Translations under genes and position numbers: made by a program
The notes under the pieces: generated by a model
Database searches by the model: none
What the model saw: the letters and a program-made list of their open reading frames with translations, nothing else
Told to the model about the DNA's origin: nothing
Shown: in pieces, positions 1 through 8,655 of the stretch
How positions within the stretch are numbered: position 1 is the first letter of the stretch
Layout of the letters: the number at the start of each line of letters is the position of its first letter
Origin: Methanosarcinaceae archaeon
GTDB taxonomy: Archaea; Halobacteriota; Methanosarcinia; Methanosarcinales; Methanosarcinaceae
Assembly: GCA_020055655.1 (NCBI GenBank)
Contig: JAIPUR010000014.1
Location: 11,407 to 35,406, forward strand
Direction: 5' to 3'
DNA: 24,000 bases

Positions 1-190
1 AGAGGACTACATATAAGACTAATTAATGGTCAAAATGTCCAGTACATAAAAATCAGAGAGTGAAATAATTACAATCAGCATCCTGCACCACATCTTAATA
101 ATGACAATCTTTAAATAATATCGCTACCACACTCATGGAAACCAAACCGGTTACTTATAAGTAAAAATAATTTTAGTTCCTTAAAAGTAC

Positions 191-220
191 ATTTATAATG
201 TTTATATAAATATTCAGGAG
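191..220 (+). promoter_or_regulatory. Candidate TATA-like boxes and Shine-Dalgarno for hdrE
   Basis: AT-rich atttataa (191-198) and tttatata (201-208) resemble archaeal TATA boxes. AGGAG at 216-220 lies 8 nt upstream of the ATG at 229. The transcription start is not determinable from sequence. Confidence 0.3.
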
Positions 221-228
221 AAAATTAA

Positions 229-1038
229 ATGGCTATGGAGTATTTTTCAGGCGTATCTGATGCCTTAAGACTTACTTTTGTGCAGGTTATGATAATGGCC
301 AACCTGTCCATTGGTATTTTTATTATCGGAATGTATATAAATATAAGAAAATGGGGGATGGGATCCACAGGCTATGGCGATAGTCCAGCAAAGAACCTTC
401 TTGCTTTCCCAAAGATGCTTGCTTACCAGATGAGCGAACATGCACATGTCCATAATCAATCAGTCATATCAACTCTGATTCTTGACGTTGTGCTTCAGAG
501 AAGGATTCTCAACAGAAGTCCTCTCAGATGGTTCATGCACTTTACCATATTCGTTGGCTGGATGACACTTTTCGTACTTTCCCTTGCAATGTTCCTTGTG
601 GAAATGATACACCTTGTAGGAGCACAGGTAGGACTCCACGGACTACCCGAGTTCATGAACCCTGCGGTATTCAGAGAGCTTCTTGCAGTTCCAAACGACA
701 TATTCAGTTATATCCTGCTTATAGGAATCATCATTGCTATCTACAGAAGACTCTTTGTTACAAAGGTAAGAGAAGCAACCATTGCATACGATTCGATCCT
801 TCTTATCGGACTTACCATAATCACCATTTCTGGATTCATTGCGGACGGGATCAGGACAGGCAGATTCTGGAACCTCAGTTTCCTTGGTCTTGACATACCA
901 ATAGAGTACGCACCACCAGCAGCACTCTTCCACGTAGTAATTTCATTGCTGTTCTGTATCGCATACATCCCATTCAGTAAATATATACACATGATCGCGA
1001 TACCACTCGCACTCCTTGCAAACAAAGGAGGAGAATAA
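229..1038 (+). CDS. hdrE: Heterodisulfide reductase subunit E (membrane b-type cytochrome, NarI-like)
   Basis: 269 aa with about 5-6 hydrophobic helices (e.g. [94 protein letters not shown]). Conserved His residues sit in the helices. It lies immediately upstream of, and abutting, an unmistakable hdrD. SD AGGAG is present. Confidence 0.88.
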   Translation: MAMEYFSGVSDALRLTFVQVMIMANLSIGIFIIGMYINIRKWGMGSTGYGDSPAKNLLAFPKMLAYQMSEHAHVHNQSVISTLILDVVLQRRILNRSPLRWFMHFTIFVGWMTLFVLSLAMFLVEMIHLVGAQVGLHGLPEFMNPAVFRELLAVPNDIFSYILLIGIIIAIYRRLFVTKVREATIAYDSILLIGLTIITISGFIADGIRTGRFWNLSFLGLDIPIEYAPPAALFHVVISLLFCIAYIPFSKYIHMIAIPLALLANKGGE

Positions 1039-1039
1039 A

Positions 1040-2287
1040 ATGGCAAAACGTGAACCTTCAATTAATACAGAGAATTTTACAGCTGTCCAGATAATGGAAC
1101 TCGATGCATGCAGCCGCTGTGGCGAATGTGTGGACTGGTGTCCAACCTATGATGCATCCGGTAAGGACCCAGGACTTGCACCAAGAGACAAGATCCTTAG
1201 ATGGAAAGACTACATCAACAAGGCATACGGCCTTCGTGCTACCCTTTTTGGCCCCAAAGAGATTCCTGAAGAAGAGATCGAGCAGTTCAAGGACGATGTA
1301 TACGGATGTACCACCTGTGGCATTTGTGCTACAGTCTGTGAATCCGCGATCAACACTGTAGAACTCTGGGAATCCATGCGTGCAAATCTTGTAAAACGTG
1401 GAAACGGACCATACGGTAAGCAGGGAATGTTCCTCAAGCTCATCAGCGAGTATAAGAATCCATACATGGCAGATAACAAGGATAGAATAAACTGGTTCCC
1501 GGAAGATATTAAAGTCGAAGACAAGGCAGAGATCCTGTACTTCGGTGGATGTACCGCAGAACTTAAGCAAAGAAAGCTTGCACTTGCAACAGGACGTCTG
1601 CTTAACAAGCTCGATATCAAATTTACAATGCTTGGTGAAGATGAAATATGCTGTGGATCAGCACTCATCAGGACCGGACAATACTACGTCAATGATGCTG
1701 CTAAAGTGAATGCACAGGCAAACATTGATAACATCAAGGCAAAGGGTGCAAAGATAGTTCTTTATGCATGTGCTGGATGTTTCAGAGCATCACTCGTTGA
1801 CTGGCCAAGACTTACAGGTAAGGAGCTTCCATTCAAGGTAATGCACATCACACAATACCTTCAGGACCTCATCGAGAAGGATGAGATCAAATGGGAGAAA
1901 TCCATTGACAAAAAGGTCACATACCACGACCCATGCCACCTCGGACGTCATGTTGGAGTCTTCGAGCCACCAAGAGCTGTACTTGAAAGCATTCCAGGTA
2001 TAGAGTTCATCGAAATGGAGAGAACCGAAAACGACCAGCGTTGCTGTGGAGCAGGTGGCGGAGTGAAGGCAGGTATGCCAGACCTCGCACTGAGTGTTGC
2101 CTCAACACGTGTTCAGGAGGATGCACTTGCAACAGAAGCTGACATTCTTTCAAGCGCATGTCCTTTCTGTAAGAGAAACCTCAGCGACGGTAGAGATGCA
2201 GTGGGTGCCAAGGACCTTGAAGTTGAGGATGTCGTAGTTCTCGCTGCTGAAGCAATGGGAATCGACCTTAGCGACGCACCAGAGTGA
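1040..2287 (+). CDS. hdrD: Heterodisulfide reductase subunit D (2x[4Fe-4S] ferredoxin domain plus two CCG domains)
   Basis: Two ferredoxin motifs, [12 protein letters not shown] and [12 protein letters not shown]. Two CCG-domain signatures, GGC...ICCGSA...ACAGC and DPCH...RCCGAGGG...ACPFC. I prefer the ATG at 1040 (MAKREPS) over the track start at 1016, because AGGAGG at about 1026-1032 sits 7-8 nt upstream and the gene then starts just after the hdrE stop. Confidence 0.92.
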   Translation: MAKREPSINTENFTAVQIMELDACSRCGECVDWCPTYDASGKDPGLAPRDKILRWKDYINKAYGLRATLFGPKEIPEEEIEQFKDDVYGCTTCGICATVCESAINTVELWESMRANLVKRGNGPYGKQGMFLKLISEYKNPYMADNKDRINWFPEDIKVEDKAEILYFGGCTAELKQRKLALATGRLLNKLDIKFTMLGEDEICCGSALIRTGQYYVNDAAKVNAQANIDNIKAKGAKIVLYACAGCFRASLVDWPRLTGKELPFKVMHITQYLQDLIEKDEIKWEKSIDKKVTYHDPCHLGRHVGVFEPPRAVLESIPGIEFIEMERTENDQRCCGAGGGVKAGMPDLALSVASTRVQEDALATEADILSSACPFCKRNLSDGRDAVGAKDLEVEDVVVLAAEAMGIDLSDAPE

Positions 2288-2321
2288 TTTTTGTCACTCT
2301 ACTTTTTTCTTTTTATTTTTG
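2281..2321 (+). terminator. Hairpin plus oligo-T terminator after hdrD
   Basis: Perfect 7-bp stem agagtga/tcactct with a 6-nt loop (2281-2300) that overlaps the hdrD stop codon. It is followed by T-runs (acttttttctttttattttt). Oligo-T tracts are the usual archaeal termination signal. Confidence 0.5.
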
Positions 2322-2364
2322 AGGAAAAAATAAATAAGCAGTACAGCACTATTTCCTCCTACTC

Positions 2365-3003
2365 ATGCAATTACCTTATGATTTCCTTGGAAAAGTTTTT
2401 ATTGGCCTTGCTATTCTGGCATTATTAACAATAGTAATAGCATTAGCACTCGGTCTTTATAGTTTCAAAAAGAAAAAGATACTCTTCCCTAATTTTATTC
2501 TTTCTATCCTTTATTTATTTTATGAACCGGCAAAATGGATATGCAGGGCATTTGGAATAAAGGACATACTTATTGATGAGATACTTGTAGAAGTACGCAA
2601 TGCAGTAATGATCGAACGATTTAAAATGGTCAAAGATGGACGTGTGATATTTCTCCCGCAATGCCTGCGCAATCCAAAATGCAAAGCAAGATGTGACCCC
2701 ATTATTGGATATGAATGTACACAATGCGGACTTTGTGATATTGGAAATATTTGTGAAGCTGCTGAAAGATACAATTTTCAGGTTTATATCATACCAGGTG
2801 GAAGTTTTGTGAAAAAGATCATAAAGAACCACAGACCAAAAAGTTGCATTGGAGTTGCATGTTATCCTGAGCTAGCCGAATCCATGCAGGGAGCATCACC
2901 GTTTATGATAGTACAGGGAATATCCCTGACCCGGGATGGGTGTTTTGACACAAGAGTAGATGTCAAAGAGATCATCGAAAAAATGGAGGAATGCAATGTA
3001 TAG
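2365..3003 (+). CDS. DUF116-type Cys-rich membrane-anchored protein, paralog 1
   Basis: 212 aa. N-terminal TM helix (VFIGLAILALLTIVIALALGLY). Soluble domain carries LPQCLR-x4-C-x3-C ... CTQCGLCDIG ... PGGSFVKK ... GVACYPEL ... DGCFDT. As I recall, this architecture and Cys pattern match Pfam DUF116. Confidence 0.7.
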   Translation: MQLPYDFLGKVFIGLAILALLTIVIALALGLYSFKKKKILFPNFILSILYLFYEPAKWICRAFGIKDILIDEILVEVRNAVMIERFKMVKDGRVIFLPQCLRNPKCKARCDPIIGYECTQCGLCDIGNICEAAERYNFQVYIIPGGSFVKKIIKNHRPKSCIGVACYPELAESMQGASPFMIVQGISLTRDGCFDTRVDVKEIIEKMEECNV

Positions 3004-3616
3004 TTTGCTTGGATTAATTGTCACAATATTCATACTCATGTCAATATCCCTTGCAGTTATTGCACTGATGGCAAGCAAAATAAGCATGAATCGTCATGTA
3101 TGGTTGGCAGGTTTTTTTTCAGGTACCCTAGATTTTTTTCATATGCCTCTCAAATATTTTTTCTTCAAGCTATCTGATACCAAAATACTGGATAAATGGA
3201 TGGTCTCACTAAAGAACATATCCAGCAAGAAAGCATTTTCAAAAACCAGTAACCGTATGATAATAGTTCCCCATTGTATGAGAGCACTGGATTGTCCTGC
3301 GATATCAACAAGAACAGGAATACAATGCACGTCATGTGGAAAATGTATATTTTCACGACTCAAAGAAGATGCTGCTAAATATGGATATGATCTGTACATC
3401 GTGACAGGTTCATCATTCGTCAAACATGTTTTAAAAGAAAAAAACTATGATGCTGCCCTTTTAATTGCATGCGACTATGAGCTCAATAAGGTTATGATGG
3501 GACTGAAGGGTAAAAACATAGTAACCTACGGAATACCTATGCTAAATGATGGTTGTTTCAGTACTGAAGTAGACTATGATAAAGTACTTGAAACACTGGA
3601 AATGTTTTCCAATTAG
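2996..3616 (+). CDS. DUF116-type Cys-rich membrane-anchored protein, paralog 2
   Basis: Same layout as paralog 1: TM helix LLGLIVTIFILMSISLAVIALM, then VPHCMR-x4-C ... CTSCGKCIF ... TGSSFVKH ... IACDYEL ... DGCFST. I prefer the ATG at 2996 (MYSLLG), which overlaps the upstream stop as ATGTATAG. The track start at 2960 would lie inside paralog 1. Confidence 0.7.
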   Translation: MYSLLGLIVTIFILMSISLAVIALMASKISMNRHVWLAGFFSGTLDFFHMPLKYFFFKLSDTKILDKWMVSLKNISSKKAFSKTSNRMIIVPHCMRALDCPAISTRTGIQCTSCGKCIFSRLKEDAAKYGYDLYIVTGSSFVKHVLKEKNYDAALLIACDYELNKVMMGLKGKNIVTYGIPMLNDGCFSTEVDYDKVLETLEMFSN

Positions 3617-3669
3617 CTAATCTAATTACTTTTTCTTCTTTAAAAGCAAAAAGGTCCATGAAAATAAGA

Positions 3670-4056
3670 GTAGTGAGTGAGGAGAGTAAGCTCCCTTCTG
3701 TTGATGCAATACATATTCCTGCCTGGCAGGAAAATGCGCTCATTAGAGCTGCATTGACGGCATTCGGCTAAGCGTCAATAACTTCGGGAATGGTCCAGAA
3801 AACCATTTTTACCCTACTTCCGACTTGCATCCACGAGGGTTCGCCGTTCCATCCACATTCCATGCGATCTCAGCTTTTCAGCATCACAGCATTAACATAG
3901 CGTGGTATCGTTTCTGTGCCAGCATACAATAAATTGTATGAGTTGCAATGCAACTGCCCAGACTCTCGCCTGATGCCCTTTACAGGCACTCGTGTATCTG
4001 GATGATGGGGAGACTTTCCTCAGGTCAAAGACCCGGCGCCATCCTTCCTCTCTCGA
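3670..4056 (-). ncRNA. rnpB: RNase P RNA (archaeal type)
   Basis: The minus strand carries the universally conserved CR-I motif GAGGAAAGTC (4012-4022). It also carries GGCACAGAAAC (3910-3920) and the 3' CR-V-like ACAGAAGGGAGCTTAC (3686-3701). There is no credible ORF, a TATA box lies upstream and a T-tract follows. The ends are approximate (about 10 nt either way). Confidence 0.8.
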
Positions 4057-4075
4057 AGAGAGAGTTATACAGATA

Positions 4076-4084
4076 CTATATAAG
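4076..4084 (-). promoter_or_regulatory. TATA box for the RNase P RNA gene
   Basis: The minus strand reads cttatatag, about 22-25 nt upstream of the predicted RNA 5' end (gagagaggaagg...). This spacing fits an archaeal promoter. Confidence 0.4.
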
Positions 4085-4237
4085 CATATCGCATCGCTAA
4101 AAAAATTATGACTAAATATTTATTATTTAGATAGCTACATGAAAATGTATAAATATATAAATAAGAAATGTTTACTGCCCAATCGTTTAAACATAAGTAT
4201 TATAAAGTACACGATTTTAAAAATACATGGTAGTTCG

Positions 4238-4456
4238 ATGAAATACAATAAATACCTTATTGCAGGTGTTATTCTGATAACAGTAGCACTAATGTTCCTT
4301 TTTGCAGGAATGGCATCTGTACCTATGGCGGATTACACAAATAATATAGCTGAAAATGAAACGCTGTTCGAGAATGGCACAATTGCCATAGGGATCATTA
4401 CACCTGCAATTCTAGCAGTGCTATATCTCTATTTTAAGCCTACAAAGAAGGAATAA
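4238..4456 (+). CDS. Small hypothetical membrane protein (72 aa, two predicted TM segments)
   Basis: ATG at 4238 (MKYNKYLIAGVILITVALMFLFAG...), with a second hydrophobic segment (IAIGIITPAILAVLYLYF). The track start at 4139 adds an AT-rich, Lys/Ile/Asn low-complexity extension that is probably non-coding. No family recognised. Confidence 0.4.
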   Translation: MKYNKYLIAGVILITVALMFLFAGMASVPMADYTNNIAENETLFENGTIAIGIITPAILAVLYLYFKPTKKE

Positions 4457-4496
4457 AAAATTAATACCTATACAAAAATTGGAAATTACTTCCACA

Positions 4497-4703
4497 TCAT
4501 AATTTTAAAACTCTGAAACCGCATCCACTTCTAAGCAGGAGATCAATTTTAGACATGATCTCTTCCTGATGAAAGTCAGACATATCCTCAAACTCATCCT
4601 TGTGCACAATCTTGATCTGTTCTGCCATTTTTTCCTTAACCACATCAGGATCTTCACCGATGACAAGGAGATCATCATCGAATCCAATATCGTGATATTT
4701 CAT
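4497..4703 (-). CDS. Small acidic hypothetical protein (possibly DUF1059-like fold)
   Basis: 68 aa counted from MKYHDIGFDDDLLVIGEDPDVVKEKMAEQIKIVHKDEF. The spacing resembles the small DUF1059 proteins, but the usual Cys residues are absent. The family call is weak. Confidence 0.4.
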   Translation of the reverse strand: MKYHDIGFDDDLLVIGEDPDVVKEKMAEQIKIVHKDEFEDMSDFHQEEIMSKIDLLLRSGCGFRVLKL

Positions 4704-4764
4704 GATATGAACCATTAATTAACCCCTAAATGTAAAAAAGATATTTATAAAGGAAGGAAGTTGA

Positions 4765-4971
4765 TCAATCTTCAACTTCCAGAGCCTGTATTATATCTTT
4801 GACCGTAAGGTCACCTTTTGCAACCCTAAGGACCATTGGATATATAAATGAACAATCATCAATGGCACTCCAGCGTGCTTCCCCGACCCTTTGCACGACC
4901 TCATCCATTACTTTACCACACTTATCACAATAAGTATTATCTGATTCTACTCCACATGCAAGACATTCCAT
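4765..4971 (-). CDS. Small zinc-ribbon protein (CxxC-x8-CxxC)
   Basis: 68 aa. N-terminus MECLACGVESDNTYCDKCG gives a four-Cys knuckle pair. GGAGGAG lies about 7 nt upstream of the ATG on the minus strand. No family recognised. Confidence 0.5.
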   Translation of the reverse strand: MECLACGVESDNTYCDKCGKVMDEVVQRVGEARWSAIDDCSFIYPMVLRVAKGDLTVKDIIQALEVED

Positions 4972-5181
4972 ATTTTACTCCTCCGTAATAGTCAATCCAT
5001 TGATCTAAGTCAATGGTTATTTAGAATGTTTGTAGTAATAGTATATATTTATTGAGTTTTGCATCGCAAAAAGCATTATATCTAGCATAAATAGCATAGC
5101 AAACTGCCTCATCTTCTACGACATCTTTTAGTAGATTCCCACAAAAATATCAATCTGTTTAATGAAAAAGAGGAAGATATC

Positions 5182-6456
5182 TTGATAAGCAAGAATATAG
5201 AAAGGATTCATTCTGAAAGTGTACAGACCTGTGAACTTTGCATGATGGAAATGGAAAATGTCTATAACAACTTGAACCTTTCTAAAGAAGAGATGGATCT
5301 TCTTGATATGCCAAAACGCTCCTTTACAGTTCACTTCCCTGTGCGCATGGATTCAGGTAAAACGAAAATGTTCGTTGGTTATCGAGTACAATATAATGAT
5401 GCGCGTGGGCCAACCAAAGGCGGAATTAGATACCATCCAGAGCTTAGCATCGAGACACTCCGAAATTTTGGTTTCTTAATGGCAATCAAATGCGCACTTG
5501 TAGATATACCATTTGGTGGTGCAAAAGGTGGCATTGTAGTTAACACAAAGGAGCTTAGCAGAGCTGAGCTTGAAAAAGTCACCAGATCCTATATTCGAGA
5601 GATATCCGACTATATTGGACCGTTTAAAGATATTCCCGCTCCTGATGCTTATACAGATGGCCAGATCATGGTCTGGATCCTTGATGAATTTGAGAAGATC
5701 AAGGGAAAACATGTTCCCTCAATAGTAACTGGAAAACCCGTTGAATTAGGTGGAAGCAAAGTAAGAAACATCGCCACATCCCTTGGTGGAATTTGTGTAC
5801 TTGAAGAAGCACTGAAAATTACGGATCTGGACAAAGACTCAATTAATATTGCAGTTCAGGGATTTGGGAACGTAGGAAGAAATGCTGCTCAGATACTATA
5901 CAGAGAAGGATACAGGATATGCGCTGTGAGTGATTCTAGTGGAGGAATTCTGAAAGAAGATGGTCTTGACATACTAAAGGTCATAGAGCACAAAGACCTA
6001 ACTGGAGCTGTCCTCGATTTTCCAGGAAGTCAAAATATATCAAATGAAGAATTACTTACAAGTGATTGCAACATACTAATTCCCGCCGCTCTTTCAAAAC
6101 AGATCAACAAAGAAAATGTCAGGGAGATAAAAGCTAAGATCATTCTCGAGTTGGCTAATGCACCAACCACAATGGATGCTAACAGACTGCTACTGGATCA
6201 AGGAGTAATAGTAATTCCCGATATACTTGCAAATGCTGGTGGTGTTGTTGTGAGTTATTTTGAATGGATACAAAATCTGAATCAGGATTATTGGGACGAA
6301 GAGAAAGTACGCACAAAGCTGGATAAGATAATGATAAATGCTTTTAAAAATGTAAATGCCATATGCGTTGAAGACAATTGTACAATGAGAAGAGCATCAC
6401 TACAGTTCGCCATTAATAGCATACTACATGCAGAAAAACTAAGAGGGAACATTTAA
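5182..6456 (+). CDS. gdhA: Glutamate dehydrogenase (Glu/Leu/Phe/Val dehydrogenase family)
   Basis: Family motifs PTKGGIRYHP and PFGGAKGG (catalytic Lys), plus the Rossmann motif GFGNVG. The TTG start at 5182 has a good SD (GAGGAAG, 5 nt spacing), and the N-terminal helix aligns from memory with archaeal GDH N-termini. The ATG at 5242 is an alternative start but has no SD. Confidence 0.9.
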   Translation: MISKNIERIHSESVQTCELCMMEMENVYNNLNLSKEEMDLLDMPKRSFTVHFPVRMDSGKTKMFVGYRVQYNDARGPTKGGIRYHPELSIETLRNFGFLMAIKCALVDIPFGGAKGGIVVNTKELSRAELEKVTRSYIREISDYIGPFKDIPAPDAYTDGQIMVWILDEFEKIKGKHVPSIVTGKPVELGGSKVRNIATSLGGICVLEEALKITDLDKDSINIAVQGFGNVGRNAAQILYREGYRICAVSDSSGGILKEDGLDILKVIEHKDLTGAVLDFPGSQNISNEELLTSDCNILIPAALSKQINKENVREIKAKIILELANAPTTMDANRLLLDQGVIVIPDILANAGGVVVSYFEWIQNLNQDYWDEEKVRTKLDKIMINAFKNVNAICVEDNCTMRRASLQFAINSILHAEKLRGNI

Positions 6457-6555
6457 TAGCGAGATATTCTGTACAATAGATGCAGCGCTATATTAATATG
6501 AAAATAGCCAGTATCTGGCAGACATATTCAAATTACACTGGACAGAGGTTAAAAC

Positions 6556-7698
6556 GTGAATAATGAACTTTTTCATCTGGAAGTCGGATACACCAAAATG
6601 GATAATCCGATAGCACTTGCCCCTATGGGCGGCATAACTGATAGTTTTTTTGCGAACGAACATGCAAAGGATGCAGGACTTGTTATCCTTGGCGGATACA
6701 ACCTTGATGAAAAAACAAAGGATGCAGCCATCTCAATAATAGCACGTGGCAGAGAAGAGTTTGTGGAGAATGATCCATTTGAACATATTGCTAATGAGAT
6801 AAAAGCCATTGAAAGTAAAAGTGCCGTTGCAGTTAATGTCAGAAGCACAAGTATCGAGCCTTTAGTAAAAGCTGCTAAGATCATTAAAGAGGCAAATGCC
6901 ATTCTTGAGCTGGATGCACATTGCAGACAAAAAGAAATTACAGACATTGGAGCAGGACAGGCATTACTAAATAATATACCTAAATTGAAAGAATGGATAG
7001 GAAAGATCAAGGAAACAGGAGTGGTGCTTTCTGTAAAGACCCGTGCAAATGTTGTTGATGATGAAATTCTGGCACAGGAAATTGAAGATGCCGGAGCAGA
7101 TATCCTCCATGTAGATGCAATGAAAGAAGGAGCAGGGACAGACCTTAAACAAATAATGCGTATAAGAGATGCAACACGGATGTTCCTTATATGTAATAAT
7201 TCAGTCACTGATTTCATTACTGCAAAGGAAATGTTCTCGAGAGGAGCGGATATGGTATCCGTTGCAAGAGGAGTGATCGACACGCCAGGTCTCATCAGCC
7301 AACTTGTATCAAACGTATCTACCCTGCAGGAAAATGTAGGCTGGTACAATGCTGCAAAACATGTATGCAGAGGTGAAGGAGACCTGAGAGGACTTGCTTA
7401 CTGCTGTCTTCCGGTAAAACCATGTCCCCTACATGGAAAACTTGATACTCTTGGATACACAACCCAGGAATTTGCAGATATTAAAAGAGATTTTGCAAAA
7501 GGAACCATACTGGAATACGGAGATAGTACATGTTTTGGAAGCTTGGTATGGTGCTGCAAAATATCAAAGCCATGCTTCTTAAGAGATGGTGTACTTGACA
7601 CTTTGGGTCTTTCAGATGCTGATTACATGAATCTGAAGAAAGAGCTTGCTGACCATGTACTTAAAAATGCAAAAAAGCCCATTAGATTAAAAAACTAA
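6556..7698 (+). CDS. Methanogen-type TIM-barrel protein (DHOD/dihydrouridine-synthase-like) with a C-terminal duplicated Cys module, probably 'methanogenesis marker domain 9'
   Basis: 380 aa. The N-terminal ~260 aa look like an FMN-type beta/alpha barrel (APMGGITD, ELDAHCRQKE, LHVDAMK, VSVARG). The C-terminus carries two copies of a CC-x5-C...LDTLG module. GTG start at 6556 with AGAGG 6 nt upstream; an ATG at 6598 is possible. The marker-9 assignment is from memory only. Confidence 0.7.
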   Translation: MNNELFHLEVGYTKMDNPIALAPMGGITDSFFANEHAKDAGLVILGGYNLDEKTKDAAISIIARGREEFVENDPFEHIANEIKAIESKSAVAVNVRSTSIEPLVKAAKIIKEANAILELDAHCRQKEITDIGAGQALLNNIPKLKEWIGKIKETGVVLSVKTRANVVDDEILAQEIEDAGADILHVDAMKEGAGTDLKQIMRIRDATRMFLICNNSVTDFITAKEMFSRGADMVSVARGVIDTPGLISQLVSNVSTLQENVGWYNAAKHVCRGEGDLRGLAYCCLPVKPCPLHGKLDTLGYTTQEFADIKRDFAKGTILEYGDSTCFGSLVWCCKISKPCFLRDGVLDTLGLSDADYMNLKKELADHVLKNAKKPIRLKN

Positions 7699-7716
7699 TA
7701 AAATGAAGGCCTGAGA

Positions 7717-8655
7717 ATGGATTGCTCTGATTATCCGATAAGTTCGTATATTGCCCGATGTGCCCAACTTGCCATGTGCCTCGAAGTATCATCTTCTCCA
7801 AAGCCGGGAAACATCGATCGCTATGACGACTATGATGATACACGTTACGAGCATTTTCTTGCCTCAGCCATTAGCATACATCCTGTAATTGAGGAAGCAT
7901 CCCTATGCAGCAGTGGCGTTGGAAGACTAATTAAAAATGCAGTCACTGAAAGTGTCACTTGGCAAAAGGGTGGAAACACCCATTTTGGTGCTATTATACT
8001 TTTAGTACCAATGGCAATGGCAGCAGGCAAAATAATTTTAAAAAATAAAGAGTTCACTATTGCAGAACTGACCGAATGCACAAAAAAAATTGTCAGTAAG
8101 GCTAATTCTGCTGATGCTACTGATTTTTACAGGTGTTTTGAAGCTGCAGGTGTTAAGGTCAATCCTGTAGATGACTTTGATCTTAAAGATGAAGAATCGA
8201 TATCCAGACTTGAAAAAGATGATGTCAGTCTCTATAGCCTTATGGAAATTGCCAGCAGTTATGACCTTATTGCTAATGAGTGGATCAATGGTTTCAAGCG
8301 ATGTTCAGACTGTGCAGATATGATCATACGTGGTATGGACAATGACCTGCTTAATGGTAAATTGAATGCGGACATCAATCATATTGTGGCGTACATTTTT
8401 CTTAAGATCCTTTCTGAGAATGAAGATACCTTCATAACTACTAAGTTCGATACAGAAACTGCAAATTATGTTTCAAAGCGAGCAAAGGAAATACTGGAAC
8501 ACTTGAATAATAGCGAATCTAACTTTAATGATATGTTACCTGCGATCAGGAACCTGAACTCAGAACTTCTGGAAAGAAAGATCAATCCCGGGTCAACTGC
8601 AGATATTATCATAGCCGGCCTGTTCATTGCATTGCTTAAAGGAGTCAGGTACTAA
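7717..8655 (+). CDS. CitG/MdcB-family protein (triphosphoribosyl-dephospho-CoA synthase homolog)
   Basis: 312 aa. Family-typical motifs KPGNIDR, GGNTHFGAIILL and C-terminal NPGSTADIIAG. No citrate lyase or malonate decarboxylase genes are nearby. Confidence 0.82.
   Translation: MDCSDYPISSYIARCAQLAMCLEVSSSPKPGNIDRYDDYDDTRYEHFLASAISIHPVIEEASLCSSGVGRLIKNAVTESVTWQKGGNTHFGAIILLVPMAMAAGKIILKNKEFTIAELTECTKKIVSKANSADATDFYRCFEAAGVKVNPVDDFDLKDEESISRLEKDDVSLYSLMEIASSYDLIANEWINGFKRCSDCADMIIRGMDNDLLNGKLNADINHIVAYIFLKILSENEDTFITTKFDTETANYVSKRAKEILEHLNNSESNFNDMLPAIRNLNSELLERKINPGSTADIIIAGLFIALLKGVRY

Noticed and set aside
1-190. Non-coding leader upstream of hdrE as a possible riboswitch or sRNA
   Set aside because: I saw no convincing stem-loops or conserved motifs by eye. 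The window edge truncates the region, so nothing can be supported.
1058-1668. Two long antisense ORFs (170 aa and 152 aa) inside hdrD
   Set aside because: They overlap the unmistakable hdrD frame and carry no recognisable motifs. They are shadow ORFs of a highly expressed, codon-biased gene.
3558-3743. 61-aa minus-strand ORF
   Set aside because: It overlaps the 3' part of the RNase P RNA gene and the DUF116 3' end. The RNA gene explains this locus.
4139-4237. N-terminal extension of the small membrane protein ORF; likewise the upstream starts at 1016 (hdrD), 2960 (DUF116-2), 10751 (PHP) and 15570 (HAD)
   Set aside because: The upstream starts lack SD sequences or overlap the preceding gene. 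Internal ATGs with better SD spacing or sensible N-termini were preferred.
6573-7349. 258-aa ORF antisense to the TIM-barrel gene
   Set aside because: It lies entirely within, and opposite to, a well-supported gene. Its composition is Ser/Ala/Ile-rich and low in complexity, which is typical of a mirror-frame artefact. It has no SD or promoter of its own.
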